NCBI GenBank assembly: GCA_043798435.1
Contig: JAZDOR010000047.1
Coordinates: 1-37,932 of the forward strand
Source: a bacterium
Lineage (GTDB): Bacteria > UBA9089 > UBA9088 > JAGUXG01
Direction of reading: 5' to 3'
DNA length: 37,932 nucleotides
The notes beneath the pieces are model-generated. The model did not search any database. It saw nothing but the letters and a program-made list of their open reading frames with translations, and was not told the DNA's origin. Made by a program: the position numbers and the translations under genes. The first letter of the stretch is position 1, and each line of letters starts with the position of its first letter. Shown one piece after another: positions 27,610 to 36,913 of the stretch.

Positions 27610-28512
27610 TCATCCTATAGCCAGCATCTTCTCAATAGACACACTTGCTCTCCGTGCTATCTCTTTGGGTATTTCTATCTGATAAGCCTCTTCTTCAAGT
27701 GACCATAAGACCTTTTCTAATGTGGTGAGCTTCATATTTGGGCAAATAGCCAGATCTGCGGCAGGATAAAACTCTTTTTCCGGATTCTCCTTTTTCAGCC
27801 TGTAAATGATACCTAACTCTGTGCCGATGATAAACTCCTTCTTATTGCTCTCCTTCACACATTTGAGCATTCCACCTGTTCCGAATATCTCATCTGCCAG
27901 GGCTAATGAATCTTTACTGCACTCAGGATGAAGAATAACAACAGCCTCTGGATGCTCCTTTCTTTTTGCGGCAATCACTTCAGGGATTATCCTCATATGG
28001 GTTGGACAGAACCCAGGCCAGAGAATAAGCTCCCTTTTTGTCTTCTTTGCTGCATAATCACCAAGCCATTGGTCAGGCACAAAGATTATCTCTTTGCCTT
28101 CCTCTATCTGAGAGATAACATTGATAGCATTAGCTGAGGTGCAACAAACATCAGCAAGAGCCTTTATTTCAGCAGATGTATTTACATAAGCAACCACAAC
28201 CGCATCTGGGTGAGAGGCTTTTAACTTCTTGAGTTCTTCTGGGGTGGCCATATCAGCCAAAGGACAGCCAGCATTCACATCAGGAAGAAGAACCATCTTC
28301 TCTGGTGAGAGAATCTTGGCAATTTCAGCCATAAAATGGACGCCACAGAAGACGATAATATCTGCTGTTGTAGATTGAGCCCTCCTTGAAAGGTCAAGGG
28401 AATCCCCTAATAAGTCTGCTATATCCTGAACTTCACCTATCTGATAGTTGTGAACCAGAATGATTGCATTCTTCTTTTTCTTAAGCTCTAAAATTTTATC
28501 CTTTATCTTCAT
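27610..28512 (-). CDS. nadA: Quinolinate synthase
   Basis: HNYQ, FCGVHFMAE, AGCPLAD, CPTH, HPEC, CPNMK. Confidence 0.95.
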   Translation of the reverse strand: MKIKDKILELKKKKNAIILVHNYQIGEVQDIADLLGDSLDLSRRAQSTTADIIVFCGVHFMAEIAKILSPEKMVLLPDVNAGCPLADMATPEELKKLKASHPDAVVVAYVNTSAEIKALADVCCTSANAINVISQIEEGKEIIFVPDQWLGDYAAKKTKRELILWPGFCPTHMRIIPEVIAAKRKEHPEAVVILHPECSKDSLALADEIFGTGGMLKCVKESNKKEFIIGTELGIIYRLKKENPEKEFYPAADLAICPNMKLTTLEKVLWSLEEEAYQIEIPKEIARRASVSIEKMLAIG

Positions 28513-28515
28513 CGT

Positions 28516-28682
28516 ATGAGTTTTGAGTTATGAGTTTTGAGTTATGAGTTTTGAGTTATGAGTTTTGAGTTATGAGTGATGAGTTATGAGTTTTGAGTTT
28601 TGAGTTTTGAGTTTTGAGTTTTGAGTTTTGAGTTTTGAGTTATTTTATTAAACTCTAAACTCTGAACTCTACACTCTGAACT
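28516..28682. repeat. GAGTTTT/GAGTTAT heptamer palindrome with an expanded left arm
   Basis: About 18 heptamer units, then AAACTCTAAACTCTGAACTCTACACTCTGAACT. Confidence 0.9.
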
Positions 28683-28689
28683 TTTCTGA

Positions 28690-29004
28690 CTATAGAGTTT
28701 CAGTGAAACAGCTCCTCGTTCCCCTATGGCAAGCAACACCTGTCTGTTTCACCTTAATAAGAAGTGTATCTTTATCACAGTCATAGAGTATCTCTTTCAC
28801 ATCCTGAAGGTTTCCAGAGGTCGCCCCTTTGTTCCAAAGCTCCTGCCTTGACCGGCTGAAAAACCAGGTCTTTCCTGTTTCAAGGGTCTTTGCCAGAGAC
28901 TCCTTGTTCATATAGGCAAGCATCAGGACTTCGTTATTATCTACATCCTGAATGATGGCTGGAATCAGACCCTCTTTGTTAAAAGCAAGTTCTTCTATCT
29001 GCAT
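28690..29004 (-). CDS. hisI: Phosphoribosyl-AMP cyclohydrolase
   Basis: [31 protein letters not shown]. Confidence 0.95.
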   Translation of the reverse strand: MQIEELAFNKEGLIPAIIQDVDNNEVLMLAYMNKESLAKTLETGKTWFFSRSRQELWNKGATSGNLQDVKEILYDCDKDTLLIKVKQTGVACHRGTRSCFTETL

Positions 29005-29017
29005 ATTTCTAAAAGAA

Positions 29018-29092
29018 GTGATCGGTTATCGGTAATCAGTAATCGGTAAGGGAAACAATTACCGGTAACCGATTACCCGATAACCTGATTAC
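29018..29092. repeat. GTAATCG-heptamer palindrome
   Basis: GTGATCGGTTATCGGTAATCAGTAATCGGTAA ... TTACCGGTAACCGATTACCCGATAACCTGATTAC. Confidence 0.88.
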
Positions 29093-29099
29093 CATTTTC

Positions 29100-29270
29100 C
29101 TATTTTTTCTTCGTCTTCTCTATCATGGAAGGAGAGAGGAGAATGCTTATCGGCACAAGCACAAGCCCAGCAACAATGAAGAGCGGACCAAGAAATAGCC
29201 TCCTCAGATAGAGAAGGAGAAACCCTAAAGCATATACCCCAACTGCAATGGCGAATATCTTCTTGTTCAT
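29100..29270 (-). CDS. 56-aa two-helix membrane protein; not in the ORF track
   Basis: MNKKIFAIAVGVYALGFLLLYLRRLFLGPLFIVAGLVLVPISILLSPSMIEKTKKK; TATAAT 7 nt upstream of the ATG. Confidence 0.65.
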   Translation of the reverse strand: MNKKIFAIAVGVYALGFLLLYLRRLFLGPLFIVAGLVLVPISILLSPSMIEKTKKK

Positions 29271-29318
29271 TGGCTATATTATATCAACCACACCTTAAAA
29301 ATTGCAATCAGATTTTAA

Positions 29319-29481
29319 ATAAGCGTTCAGGTAGTGTAAGAAAAGGAGAGGACAGAGATTATGGAGATAAGGGGATAAAATTTTGAATTAAAAATTAAGA
29401 ATTAAAAATGAATTATCTCCATATCCCCATTATCTCCTTATCCCCTTTCTTACACCTCTGATACATAGCCTGAACTGTTAC
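29319..29481. mobile_element. GTAAG-type MITE shell (GGAGATA arms)
   Basis: (A)TAAGCGTTCAGGTAGTGTAAG ... CTTACAC ... GCCTGAACTGTTAC; same family as 2657 and 7759; no TSD. Confidence 0.78.
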
Positions 29482-32163
29482 CTATCTATTTATCACCCTA
29501 TCCAAGATATCACCCATCTCCTCTGGAGCATATGGCTTGGGTATAACACCAGCGAAGCCATAACTTTTATAATCAGACATTATTGGGTCATTGGAGTATC
29601 CAGATGAGACGACGGCTTTAACCTCAGGGTCAATATTCTTCAGGAATTTAAGGCACTCTAAACCACCCATTCCACCAGAGACAATCAGGTCTAAAATGAC
29701 GGCATCAAAGGGCTTTCCTCTCTCCTTTTCCTTTCTGTATAGCTCAATAGCCTCTTTGCCATTTGTGGCCAGGGTTGTTTCATAGCCAAGAAATTTGAGG
29801 AGTTCGTCTGTAACCTCAAGGACAAGGGGTTCATCATCCATAAGAAGCACCCGTCCACCTTTTCTTGTTACTGGTTCTGGCCTTTCCTGCTCTCTCCTTT
29901 CTGAGGCAGGAAGAAAAATGGTGAATGTTGAACCTTCTCCCAGCTCTGAGGTTACCTCTAATCTACCACCGTGCTTTTTGATGACTGAAAAGGCTACAGA
30001 GAGTCCCAGGCCACTCCCCCTCTGCTTTGTCGTAAAGTATGGGTCAAATATTTTGCTGATATGCTCTTTGGAGATGCCAATCCCTGAGTCTTTTATGGAG
30101 AATTTGATAAATCTATCGCCGTTTTCTTTTTTGTTTTCTGCCAAAACCTCTATTACACCGCCACCTGGCATAGCATCACTGGCATTTAGGATTAGATTGG
30201 TGATTACTTGAGATATCTGGCCAGGGTCGCATTCAGTCTGCCAGAGGTTATCTGGTATATGAAAAGAGCAGACAGAGGCAGAGCCAGTTAAAGCAAAGCC
30301 TGCTATATCCCGTATCAGCCCTGAGATACATATTATTTTCTTTATAGGTTCTCCACCCTTAGCAAAGGTGAGCAATTGCTGGGTCAGGTCCTTTGCCCGT
30401 AAGATTGCCTTTTCTCCACCCGCTAACATCCTGTTCACCCTATCCTCTTTGGTGTGCATCTTGGCTAAGGCAATGTTGTTCAAAACCGCTGTCAGAATAT
30501 TGTTGAAGTCATGGGCTATGCCACCGGCAAGGAGACCGATAGATTCAAGCCTTGAGACCTCTGTTCTCTTCAACTCTTCCTCCATCCTTCTCTTTTCAGT
30601 AATATCTGTCAAGAAAATAAGGGTGGCAGGTTGCCCTTGCCAGGTAATCAAGACACCATAAATCTCTGTCCATCTTACCTTGCCATCCTTTGTCTGCCAC
30701 CTGAAGGTATAGAAAGGAACATCTTCTCCTGAAAGCCTTCTTTTGTGATGCTCACCTACCAAGCTTCTGTCATCTGAATACACAAAATCAAGGAAATGCT
30801 TAGTGAGAAGCTCTTCGTCTGAATAAGCGGAAAGCTCCTTTGCCTTTGGGTTGAAGAAGACTATCCTTTCGTTCTGGATTACTAATATAGCTTCACTGGC
30901 ATTATCTACAACTAATCTATACTTCTCCTCTTGTTGTCTCAGAGCATCTTCTGCCTTCTTTTTAGCCGTAATATCACGGGTGACACCAAAGATGCTTGTA
31001 GGCTTGTTATCCTTATCGCGGAGGAATGTTGTCCTGTTCTCTGTCCAGATTATTGAGCCATCTTTGCAGGGCTGTTCCACCTCAATGGTTCGCCATCTTC
31101 GTAGGTCTTTCTTTTCTTGCTTCTCAATCTCCATCTCCTCAGCCAGGACCTTCATGGCTACTTGATAAGATTCAGGGGTAAGGGTATCTTTTATTGTCTG
31201 GTTCATCACTTCTTCAACCGTATAGCCCCTCAGCCTCTCAATATAAGGGCTGATATAGGTAAATCTGAGGTTCAGGTCGCGTATCCAGATGACATCAGCT
31301 ACATTTTCAACCAGGAAGCGATACTTCTCCTCTTGTTGCTTCAGGGCATCCTCTGCCTCCAGACGCTTGGCAATATCCTCCTTCAGGAACTCTATATACT
31401 TCTCCCAGAGCCTTTTAGTAATATCTGACTGGGTGATTATGCCGCAAATCTCTTCTTTCTCATTGACAATAACCAATCTGCGAATCCTCTCCATGTCCAT
31501 TCTCTTTGTCGTCTCATAGACAGAAACATTTATGGTTATGGTCTTCGTAGGCTGGCTCATCACACTGCTTATTTTCAACCTTTTTATCTGCTTTCTTTTA
31601 TGAAAGAGCCGTGTTACATCCCTCTCAGTCAATATGCCGATAGGCTTTTTACACTCCTCTACAACGATACAACTGATAGAAAGCTCAACCATTATTTTTA
31701 TAGCTTCAGAAAGCAGGGTTTCTTTCTGGCAGGTGACTACATTGCGGGTAATCAGTCTGGAGATATCCTTCAATTCAAGAAGGTATTCCGCAGAAAGGTT
31801 TTGGATAATGTCAGAAATGGTTACAACACCAGCAATACTGCCACTGGCTTCTACAACCACAAGGTGCCGTATCTTATGCTTCTCAAACATCTCATGTGCC
31901 TGATAGATGTTCATATCAAGCACAGCAGAGAGGATGGGGCTGGTCATCACCTCACCTATCCTTCTCTCTAAGGAAAGCCCATCGTGAAGCACACGGACAG
32001 CATCCTTTTCTGTAAATATGCCAAGGGGCTTTTTATCCTGGGAGATGATTAGACAGCTTATCTCCTCCTTTCCCATAAGCTGGATGGCATCAGAAATGGT
32101 CGTCTCCGGAGGCACAGAGACAACATTTGTTACGAGGATATCTTTAAGCAGTCTTTCAGCCAT
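29482..32163 (-). CDS. Hybrid histidine kinase: 4 CBS - 2 PAS - HisKA - HATPase - REC
   Basis: Two CBS pairs, two PAS/PAC, LAGGIAHDFNNIL, FDPYFTTK, GSGLGL, LLMDDE. Confidence 0.92.
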   Translation of the reverse strand: MAERLLKDILVTNVVSVPPETTISDAIQLMGKEEISCLIISQDKKPLGIFTEKDAVRVLHDGLSLERRIGEVMTSPILSAVLDMNIYQAHEMFEKHKIRHLVVVEASGSIAGVVTISDIIQNLSAEYLLELKDISRLITRNVVTCQKETLLSEAIKIMVELSISCIVVEECKKPIGILTERDVTRLFHKRKQIKRLKISSVMSQPTKTITINVSVYETTKRMDMERIRRLVIVNEKEEICGIITQSDITKRLWEKYIEFLKEDIAKRLEAEDALKQQEEKYRFLVENVADVIWIRDLNLRFTYISPYIERLRGYTVEEVMNQTIKDTLTPESYQVAMKVLAEEMEIEKQEKKDLRRWRTIEVEQPCKDGSIIWTENRTTFLRDKDNKPTSIFGVTRDITAKKKAEDALRQQEEKYRLVVDNASEAILVIQNERIVFFNPKAKELSAYSDEELLTKHFLDFVYSDDRSLVGEHHKRRLSGEDVPFYTFRWQTKDGKVRWTEIYGVLITWQGQPATLIFLTDITEKRRMEEELKRTEVSRLESIGLLAGGIAHDFNNILTAVLNNIALAKMHTKEDRVNRMLAGGEKAILRAKDLTQQLLTFAKGGEPIKKIICISGLIRDIAGFALTGSASVCSFHIPDNLWQTECDPGQISQVITNLILNASDAMPGGGVIEVLAENKKENGDRFIKFSIKDSGIGISKEHISKIFDPYFTTKQRGSGLGLSVAFSVIKKHGGRLEVTSELGEGSTFTIFLPASERREQERPEPVTRKGGRVLLMDDEPLVLEVTDELLKFLGYETTLATNGKEAIELYRKEKERGKPFDAVILDLIVSGGMGGLECLKFLKNIDPEVKAVVSSGYSNDPIMSDYKSYGFAGVIPKPYAPEEMGDILDRVINR

Positions 32164-32171
32164 TTTTTTTG

Positions 32172-32381
32172 GTAAGTGTTCAAGTAGTATAAAATAAGGA
32201 GAAATGGGGAAAGGGGAGAATTGAAGAAATAGGACGCAGATTAACGCTGATTTACAAGATAGGAATTAAATAAGAATCTGCGCTAATCCTAAAAAATCCT
32301 GAAAATCTGCGTTCTAATTCTTCCCCATCTTCTCCTTTTCTCCTTTCTTACGCATCTTAAAATATAGCCAGGAACGGTTAC
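32172..32381. mobile_element. Degenerate GTAAG-type shell with nested GACGCAGAT palindrome (32230..32316)
   Basis: GTAAGTGTTCAAGTAG ... GGAACGGTTAC; GGAGAAATGGGG / CCCCATCTTCTCC arms; no TSD. Confidence 0.7.
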
Positions 32382-32384
32382 AAT

Positions 32385-32786
32385 TTAAGCCATCATTGAC
32401 AGACGAAAATTGCCCTCAGACCCTTTTATGTTCTTTTGTACCCGCAGGATGAGGTCCTCGGGCTGAAAGGGCTTGGTAATATAATCATCCGCACCCTCTT
32501 TCTTGGCTCTATTCCTGTCCTCTTGCTCAGCCTTGGCTGTAATAATAGCTATAGGAATATTGCTTGTCTTCTTGCAGGCTTTAAGCCTCTGACAGACCTG
32601 CCAACCATCCATCACAGGCATCATAATGTCAAGGAGAATGAGATGAGGCATCTGCTGATAAGCCTTGTCTATCCCCTCCTTTCCATCATAAGCCTCAATG
32701 ACATCATAGCCCTCTGACTCAAGAAGAGCCTTTAAGATATCAACAATGTCATGGTCATCATCCACAATCAAAATCTTCTTTGCCAT
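32385..32786 (-). CDS. Single-domain response regulator (REC)
   Basis: ILIVDDD, LILLDIMMP, ITAK, DDYITKPF. Confidence 0.92.
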   Translation of the reverse strand: MAKKILIVDDDHDIVDILKALLESEGYDVIEAYDGKEGIDKAYQQMPHLILLDIMMPVMDGWQVCQRLKACKKTSNIPIAIITAKAEQEDRNRAKKEGADDYITKPFQPEDLILRVQKNIKGSEGNFRLSMMA

Positions 32787-32792
32787 TTTTTT

Positions 32793-32963
32793 TTAGACAC
32801 AGATTACACTGATGAAGAACCAATAAAGAATAAATATTTTGACACAGATTACACTGATGGACACTGATAAAGAGATATTATAAATATAAAGAAAGATATT
32901 TAATCAGTGAGTATCTGTGTTAATCAGTGTCTAAAATATTTCTTCATTTATAATCAGTGTCTG
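32793..32963. repeat. CACAGAT palindrome nested in a second CACAGAT palindrome
   Basis: Outer TTAGACACAGATTACACTGATGAAG ... CTTCATTTATAATCAGTGTCTGA; inner TTGACACAGATTACACTGATGGACACTGAT ... ATCAGTGAGTATCTGTGTTAATCAGTGTCTAA. Confidence 0.85.
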
Positions 32964-32971
32964 ATATTTTA

Positions 32972-35095
32972 TCATATCTCTTTCTCTTTGTCAATCTCCT
33001 TGTTTTTGGAAATAGTAAAGGTAAATGTGCTTCCCTCGCCTGATTTTGAGGAGACCCAGATTCTACCTCCGAGGGCTTTGACTAATTCAGAGACGATAGC
33101 AAGCCCTAAACCTGTTCCACTATATTTGCGGGTGCTTGTGTAGTCTGCCTGATAGAACCTTTCAAAGATTTTCTCCTGCTCCTCCCTGGCTATGCCAATC
33201 CCTGTATCAGAGACGGAGAGCTCTATCTCTTTCTCTGTTTCCTTTGCCCCAATGGTTACATCTCCTCCAGAAGGCGTGAACTTGACGGCATTATCAAGGA
33301 GCCTGTAAAAGATATCGCTTATCTTTTGGGAATCAGAGATTACAGTCGATAATCTTTGGGGAAGGTCAAGCTCTATGTTCAGCCCTTTATGATACACCAG
33401 CAAGCCAAAGCTCCTTGTCACTTCATCAATCACCTTCTTTAGATAGACCTTCTCTGCTTTAACCTCATAAACCTTGCCACTCTCAATAGCAGCCAGATTG
33501 AGAATATCTGTAATGATGGAGTTTAGCTTAAACCCCTTCTCCTCTATCTTCTTTATACCCTCTTTCTGACTCTTAGTCAGCCTTCCGAGAGTCTCTCTCT
33601 TCAAAAGCCCGAGCTGAGCAATGATGAAGGTAAGGGGAGTCTTCAGCTCATGGGAGACGATATTCAGGAAGTCAGACTTGGCTACATTTGCCTTTTCTAA
33701 TTCTTTTGCCCTGGCCTTTAGAGAAGTATGCAGTCTTGAATTCTCCAAAGAGATCGCCAGCTCTTTGGCTATGGTATCTAAGAAACTTATCTCATCATAG
33801 GTATAGCCACCGTCTCCCTTCTTCTCTCCGAGGTTCAATAACCCCATCAGCTCATCTCTATGAATTAAAGGTGTGACAAGCATGGCATTTGTCTTCTTAA
33901 AATCGCTTTGTATCTCTGTTTTTGAGCCAGAGAAGTCAGGGTCTTTATCTAACTCCTCATAGAATATCACTTGACGTTTTTTAGAAAGCCACTGAATAAG
34001 TGGGGCATCTGCTGATATAAACACATTTTCCTCGCCCTGGCCTACCAAGTATTTGAGGATATAACTATTGTTCACAGGAAGCATACAGGAGATAAACTCT
34101 GGATGCAGGGTCTCTTTAATCTGGTTCATGAGATATGGAATAAGCATGTCCGGGTCATAATTTGTGGCAATTTCATGGGTAATCTTCTTAGAGAGAGAGA
34201 ATAGCTCCTGAGTCTGGCGATAGAAGAGCCTGTCAACGATGAGCTGAACCCTCTCCCTGAGAAGATTGAAGATGAAGACGAAGATGACAATAGTTATAAC
34301 CCTGGCCAGGGTTGCTTGAAGATGCAAGGTATTCTCAAAGAGAAAGATGGAGGAAAACCATATAGCTGTAACTAAGGCAGTGAGCATAGTGTAGGCAAGA
34401 CCTGGCCTGATTAACACATTGATGTCCATCAATCGATAGCGGACAATGGCAAGGGCTGTCATACACACAAAGGAAAGTTCAGCAATATTACCAATGGGAA
34501 ATACCATTTGTTTCCCGGAAGCTAAGAGGAAGTTTGATATACCGCCAGCTATAGATATAGATAGACCCATTAAGAGGTATTTCAGTTGGTTCTTCTCTAA
34601 GTAGGATGTCGCTATTCTAAACCTTTTAATAAGCAGAAAGGCACCCATTAGGGTCAAGCCATAAAAGAATAAGAGGAAGAGCAAGGGCATAGGTGGATTA
34701 CAAAAGACTGGAAAGTATCCCTTCTTTAGAGGTATAACATCCTTTATAAGCAACCCGGATAAAGACAAGAGGCCAAAGATGAAACTTATAATGTAGCCTA
34801 TAGGAATCAGCCTTTTAATTCTTGTTTTGGATTCATTTAAGAAGCTCACCACAAAATGGAAGAAGGTGGAAGGGATGAAGATAACACCTATGAGGAGTAC
34901 CCTTGCCCAGACTAAGGCAAAATGAGGCTCTTTGGCAAAACAGAGCCCAAAGTCCATAAGGTTCCAGATAGAGGTACAGATTACCCAATAACAGAAGGTT
35001 CTGTTTGCCTCTTTACTACTATCCCTGCTCAGGACAAAGATGCCCAGGAATAGATTGAGCAGGGCAATCACAAGAAGGGTCAATCCATAGAACAT
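32972..35095 (-). CDS. Multi-TM (7TM-type) sensor histidine kinase with GAF domain
   Basis: Hydrophobic N-terminus ending AIVRYRLMDI, GAF, VSHELKTPL, LLDNAVKFT, GTGLGL. Confidence 0.9.
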   Translation of the reverse strand: MFYGLTLLVIALLNLFLGIFVLSRDSSKEANRTFCYWVICTSIWNLMDFGLCFAKEPHFALVWARVLLIGVIFIPSTFFHFVVSFLNESKTRIKRLIPIGYIISFIFGLLSLSGLLIKDVIPLKKGYFPVFCNPPMPLLFLLFFYGLTLMGAFLLIKRFRIATSYLEKNQLKYLLMGLSISIAGGISNFLLASGKQMVFPIGNIAELSFVCMTALAIVRYRLMDINVLIRPGLAYTMLTALVTAIWFSSIFLFENTLHLQATLARVITIVIFVFIFNLLRERVQLIVDRLFYRQTQELFSLSKKITHEIATNYDPDMLIPYLMNQIKETLHPEFISCMLPVNNSYILKYLVGQGEENVFISADAPLIQWLSKKRQVIFYEELDKDPDFSGSKTEIQSDFKKTNAMLVTPLIHRDELMGLLNLGEKKGDGGYTYDEISFLDTIAKELAISLENSRLHTSLKARAKELEKANVAKSDFLNIVSHELKTPLTFIIAQLGLLKRETLGRLTKSQKEGIKKIEEKGFKLNSIITDILNLAAIESGKVYEVKAEKVYLKKVIDEVTRSFGLLVYHKGLNIELDLPQRLSTVISDSQKISDIFYRLLDNAVKFTPSGGDVTIGAKETEKEIELSVSDTGIGIAREEQEKIFERFYQADYTSTRKYSGTGLGLAIVSELVKALGGRIWVSSKSGEGSTFTFTISKNKEIDKEKEI

Positions 35096-35517
35096 CTAAT
35101 CTCCTCCACCCTGTTTTTTATCCTATTTAATGTATCGGGGCTGAGTCTCATTAAAGACCTGATAGCAATCAGTTCTATTATTCTTCTAATCAAAGGAATC
35201 TTCAATTCAACCTGGTGAATCAAAGAAAGACTTGTCTTGCCAGATTGGTCGCTGAATTTATACTCTGCTTTCAGTCCCTTTACCAGCCCTGAAAGTTGCT
35301 CGGTGACCATTCTTTTGTTAATTCTATCAATGAGGATGGAGGTCTTCAATTTAACCTTCATTTTCCATTCAATCAATAGCCTATCTTCCTCCTGGCTGAT
35401 TATCGTCATATTCCTGTGGGAAGGAAGAAACTCTGGCCACCTGGCTACATCTGTTACTATCTTGAAGACCTCATCAACAGGTTTATCAATTAAGATTCTA
35501 TTTTCCAGATGAATCAT
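35080..35517 (-). CDS. SRPBCC / polyketide cyclase-like ligand-binding protein
   Basis: IDKPVDEVFKIVTDVARWPEFLP. Confidence 0.8.
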   Translation of the reverse strand: MIHLENRILIDKPVDEVFKIVTDVARWPEFLPSHRNMTIISQEEDRLLIEWKMKVKLKTSILIDRINKRMVTEQLSGLVKGLKAEYKFSDQSGKTSLSLIHQVELKIPLIRRIIELIAIRSLMRLSPDTLNRIKNRVEEIRCSMD

Positions 35518-36846
35518 CTAAAACCTATAGCTTCCAGTGACACCAAGGGCATCTCCATTCTTCTCATACTCCACGCCATTCAAGGTCTCCTTGCCAGATA
35601 AATTCACATAAGCAAAATCAAGGACAAGATTTCCTTTTCTATAACCTGTTCCAAGGGTGAGGAATCTGCAATCTACATCAATCAGCTTAGTGATATCTAC
35701 GCCATCTGCAGGTACAGGGGATGGTGAGAAATAGAACCCGGCTCTCAATGACCAAACCTCATATGGTCTGTATTCAAAACCCATCCTGAATCTGTCTGTA
35801 TTGCTCCAGTTAAGACTTTTGTCTCTATCCTGAAGGAACTTAGTCGTGCCACTCCCGGTATCCCGCTCAAAGTCTATATCCTCCTCCATACTGCTCCAGT
35901 ATGTCCTTGCCAAATCACAGACTATGGTTATCTTTGGGGTCAGTCTGTAAGCTGTTCCAAGATCTAAGGTAGCTGGGTAAGAAAAATTTTGGGTGTAGTT
36001 GCTCTTTTCAGTTCCTGTCGCTGCTCCTAACATCTGACCTTGAAGACTCCCCTCTCCCTCTCCTTCTAATGAAAGGAGACTGCCGCTCCTGGCCACACCT
36101 CCGATAGAGAGCTTATCTGATGGTTTAAGCAAAAAGCCTACTACCCCTTCAAGACCTGTTCCATCACCAGAGACCTTATTAACAAAGTCATAGTTATAGA
36201 AAGACGCAGTAGCAGTAGAATAGCTCTTCTTTGCCTCTACCTCAAATTTGCTATAGAGGAGATTGAGACCTGCACCAATAGAGAGGTCATCTGTTACCTC
36301 CTTGGCCAGAGATATATTCCCCACAGATACAGATAACTGGGTATGGTATGAAGCATTTATATCAGCACCCATAGCATCCTTCATCCCATCCTTCCAGTCT
36401 ATGGCATTCCCATTCGGAGTGTAGAGACCTCCAGCCAAAGTCCATCCGCTCCGTTTCTGCCACCCACCAAGAGAAGGAAGGATAGCAGATGTCTCTATCT
36501 CCTTTTTGGCAAACCTTGTTGGCTCACCAGGATAGCCAGGAAGAAAACCGCCCATATCAGGTCCATAGAGACGAAAAAAGAGTGTTTTATAGTCATCACC
36601 ATTAGCCACAGAATTCCCATCCTCACCCTTTAGCGATACATACTCTAAATACCCACCTGCCCCTTTCTCAGAAACCTGGGAAAGCCCTGCGGGATTCCAG
36701 TATATAGCTGTCCAGTCATCAGCTAAGCCAACGAATGCCCCGCCCATTCCAATAGCCCTTGCTCCCAATCCACCAAACTCATAACCTCCACCAAGCACAA
36801 GACCTGGCAGACCCAACACCATTAACAAAACTAAACCTTTCTTCAT
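35518..36846 (-). CDS. OmpP1/FadL-family outer-membrane transporter
   Basis: Signal peptide MKKGLVLL, GARAIGMGGAFVGLADDWTAIYWNPAGL, C-terminal SYRF; GGAGGT RBS before 36846. Confidence 0.9.
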   Translation of the reverse strand: MKKGLVLLMVLGLPGLVLGGGYEFGGLGARAIGMGGAFVGLADDWTAIYWNPAGLSQVSEKGAGGYLEYVSLKGEDGNSVANGDDYKTLFFRLYGPDMGGFLPGYPGEPTRFAKKEIETSAILPSLGGWQKRSGWTLAGGLYTPNGNAIDWKDGMKDAMGADINASYHTQLSVSVGNISLAKEVTDDLSIGAGLNLLYSKFEVEAKKSYSTATASFYNYDFVNKVSGDGTGLEGVVGFLLKPSDKLSIGGVARSGSLLSLEGEGEGSLQGQMLGAATGTEKSNYTQNFSYPATLDLGTAYRLTPKITIVCDLARTYWSSMEEDIDFERDTGSGTTKFLQDRDKSLNWSNTDRFRMGFEYRPYEVWSLRAGFYFSPSPVPADGVDITKLIDVDCRFLTLGTGYRKGNLVLDFAYVNLSGKETLNGVEYEKNGDALGVTGSYRF

Positions 36847-36913
36847 TTTCAAATACCTCCTTTTTATAATCAACATATCCTTTTACCCAACCCCTCAATC
36901 AAGACCTTCTCTT

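Noticed and set aside
28516-28642. Tandem repeats (also 20163-20223 and 25345-25386) as a CRISPR array
   Set aside because: Units are contiguous 7-mers or a simple duplication, with no unique spacers and no cas genes.
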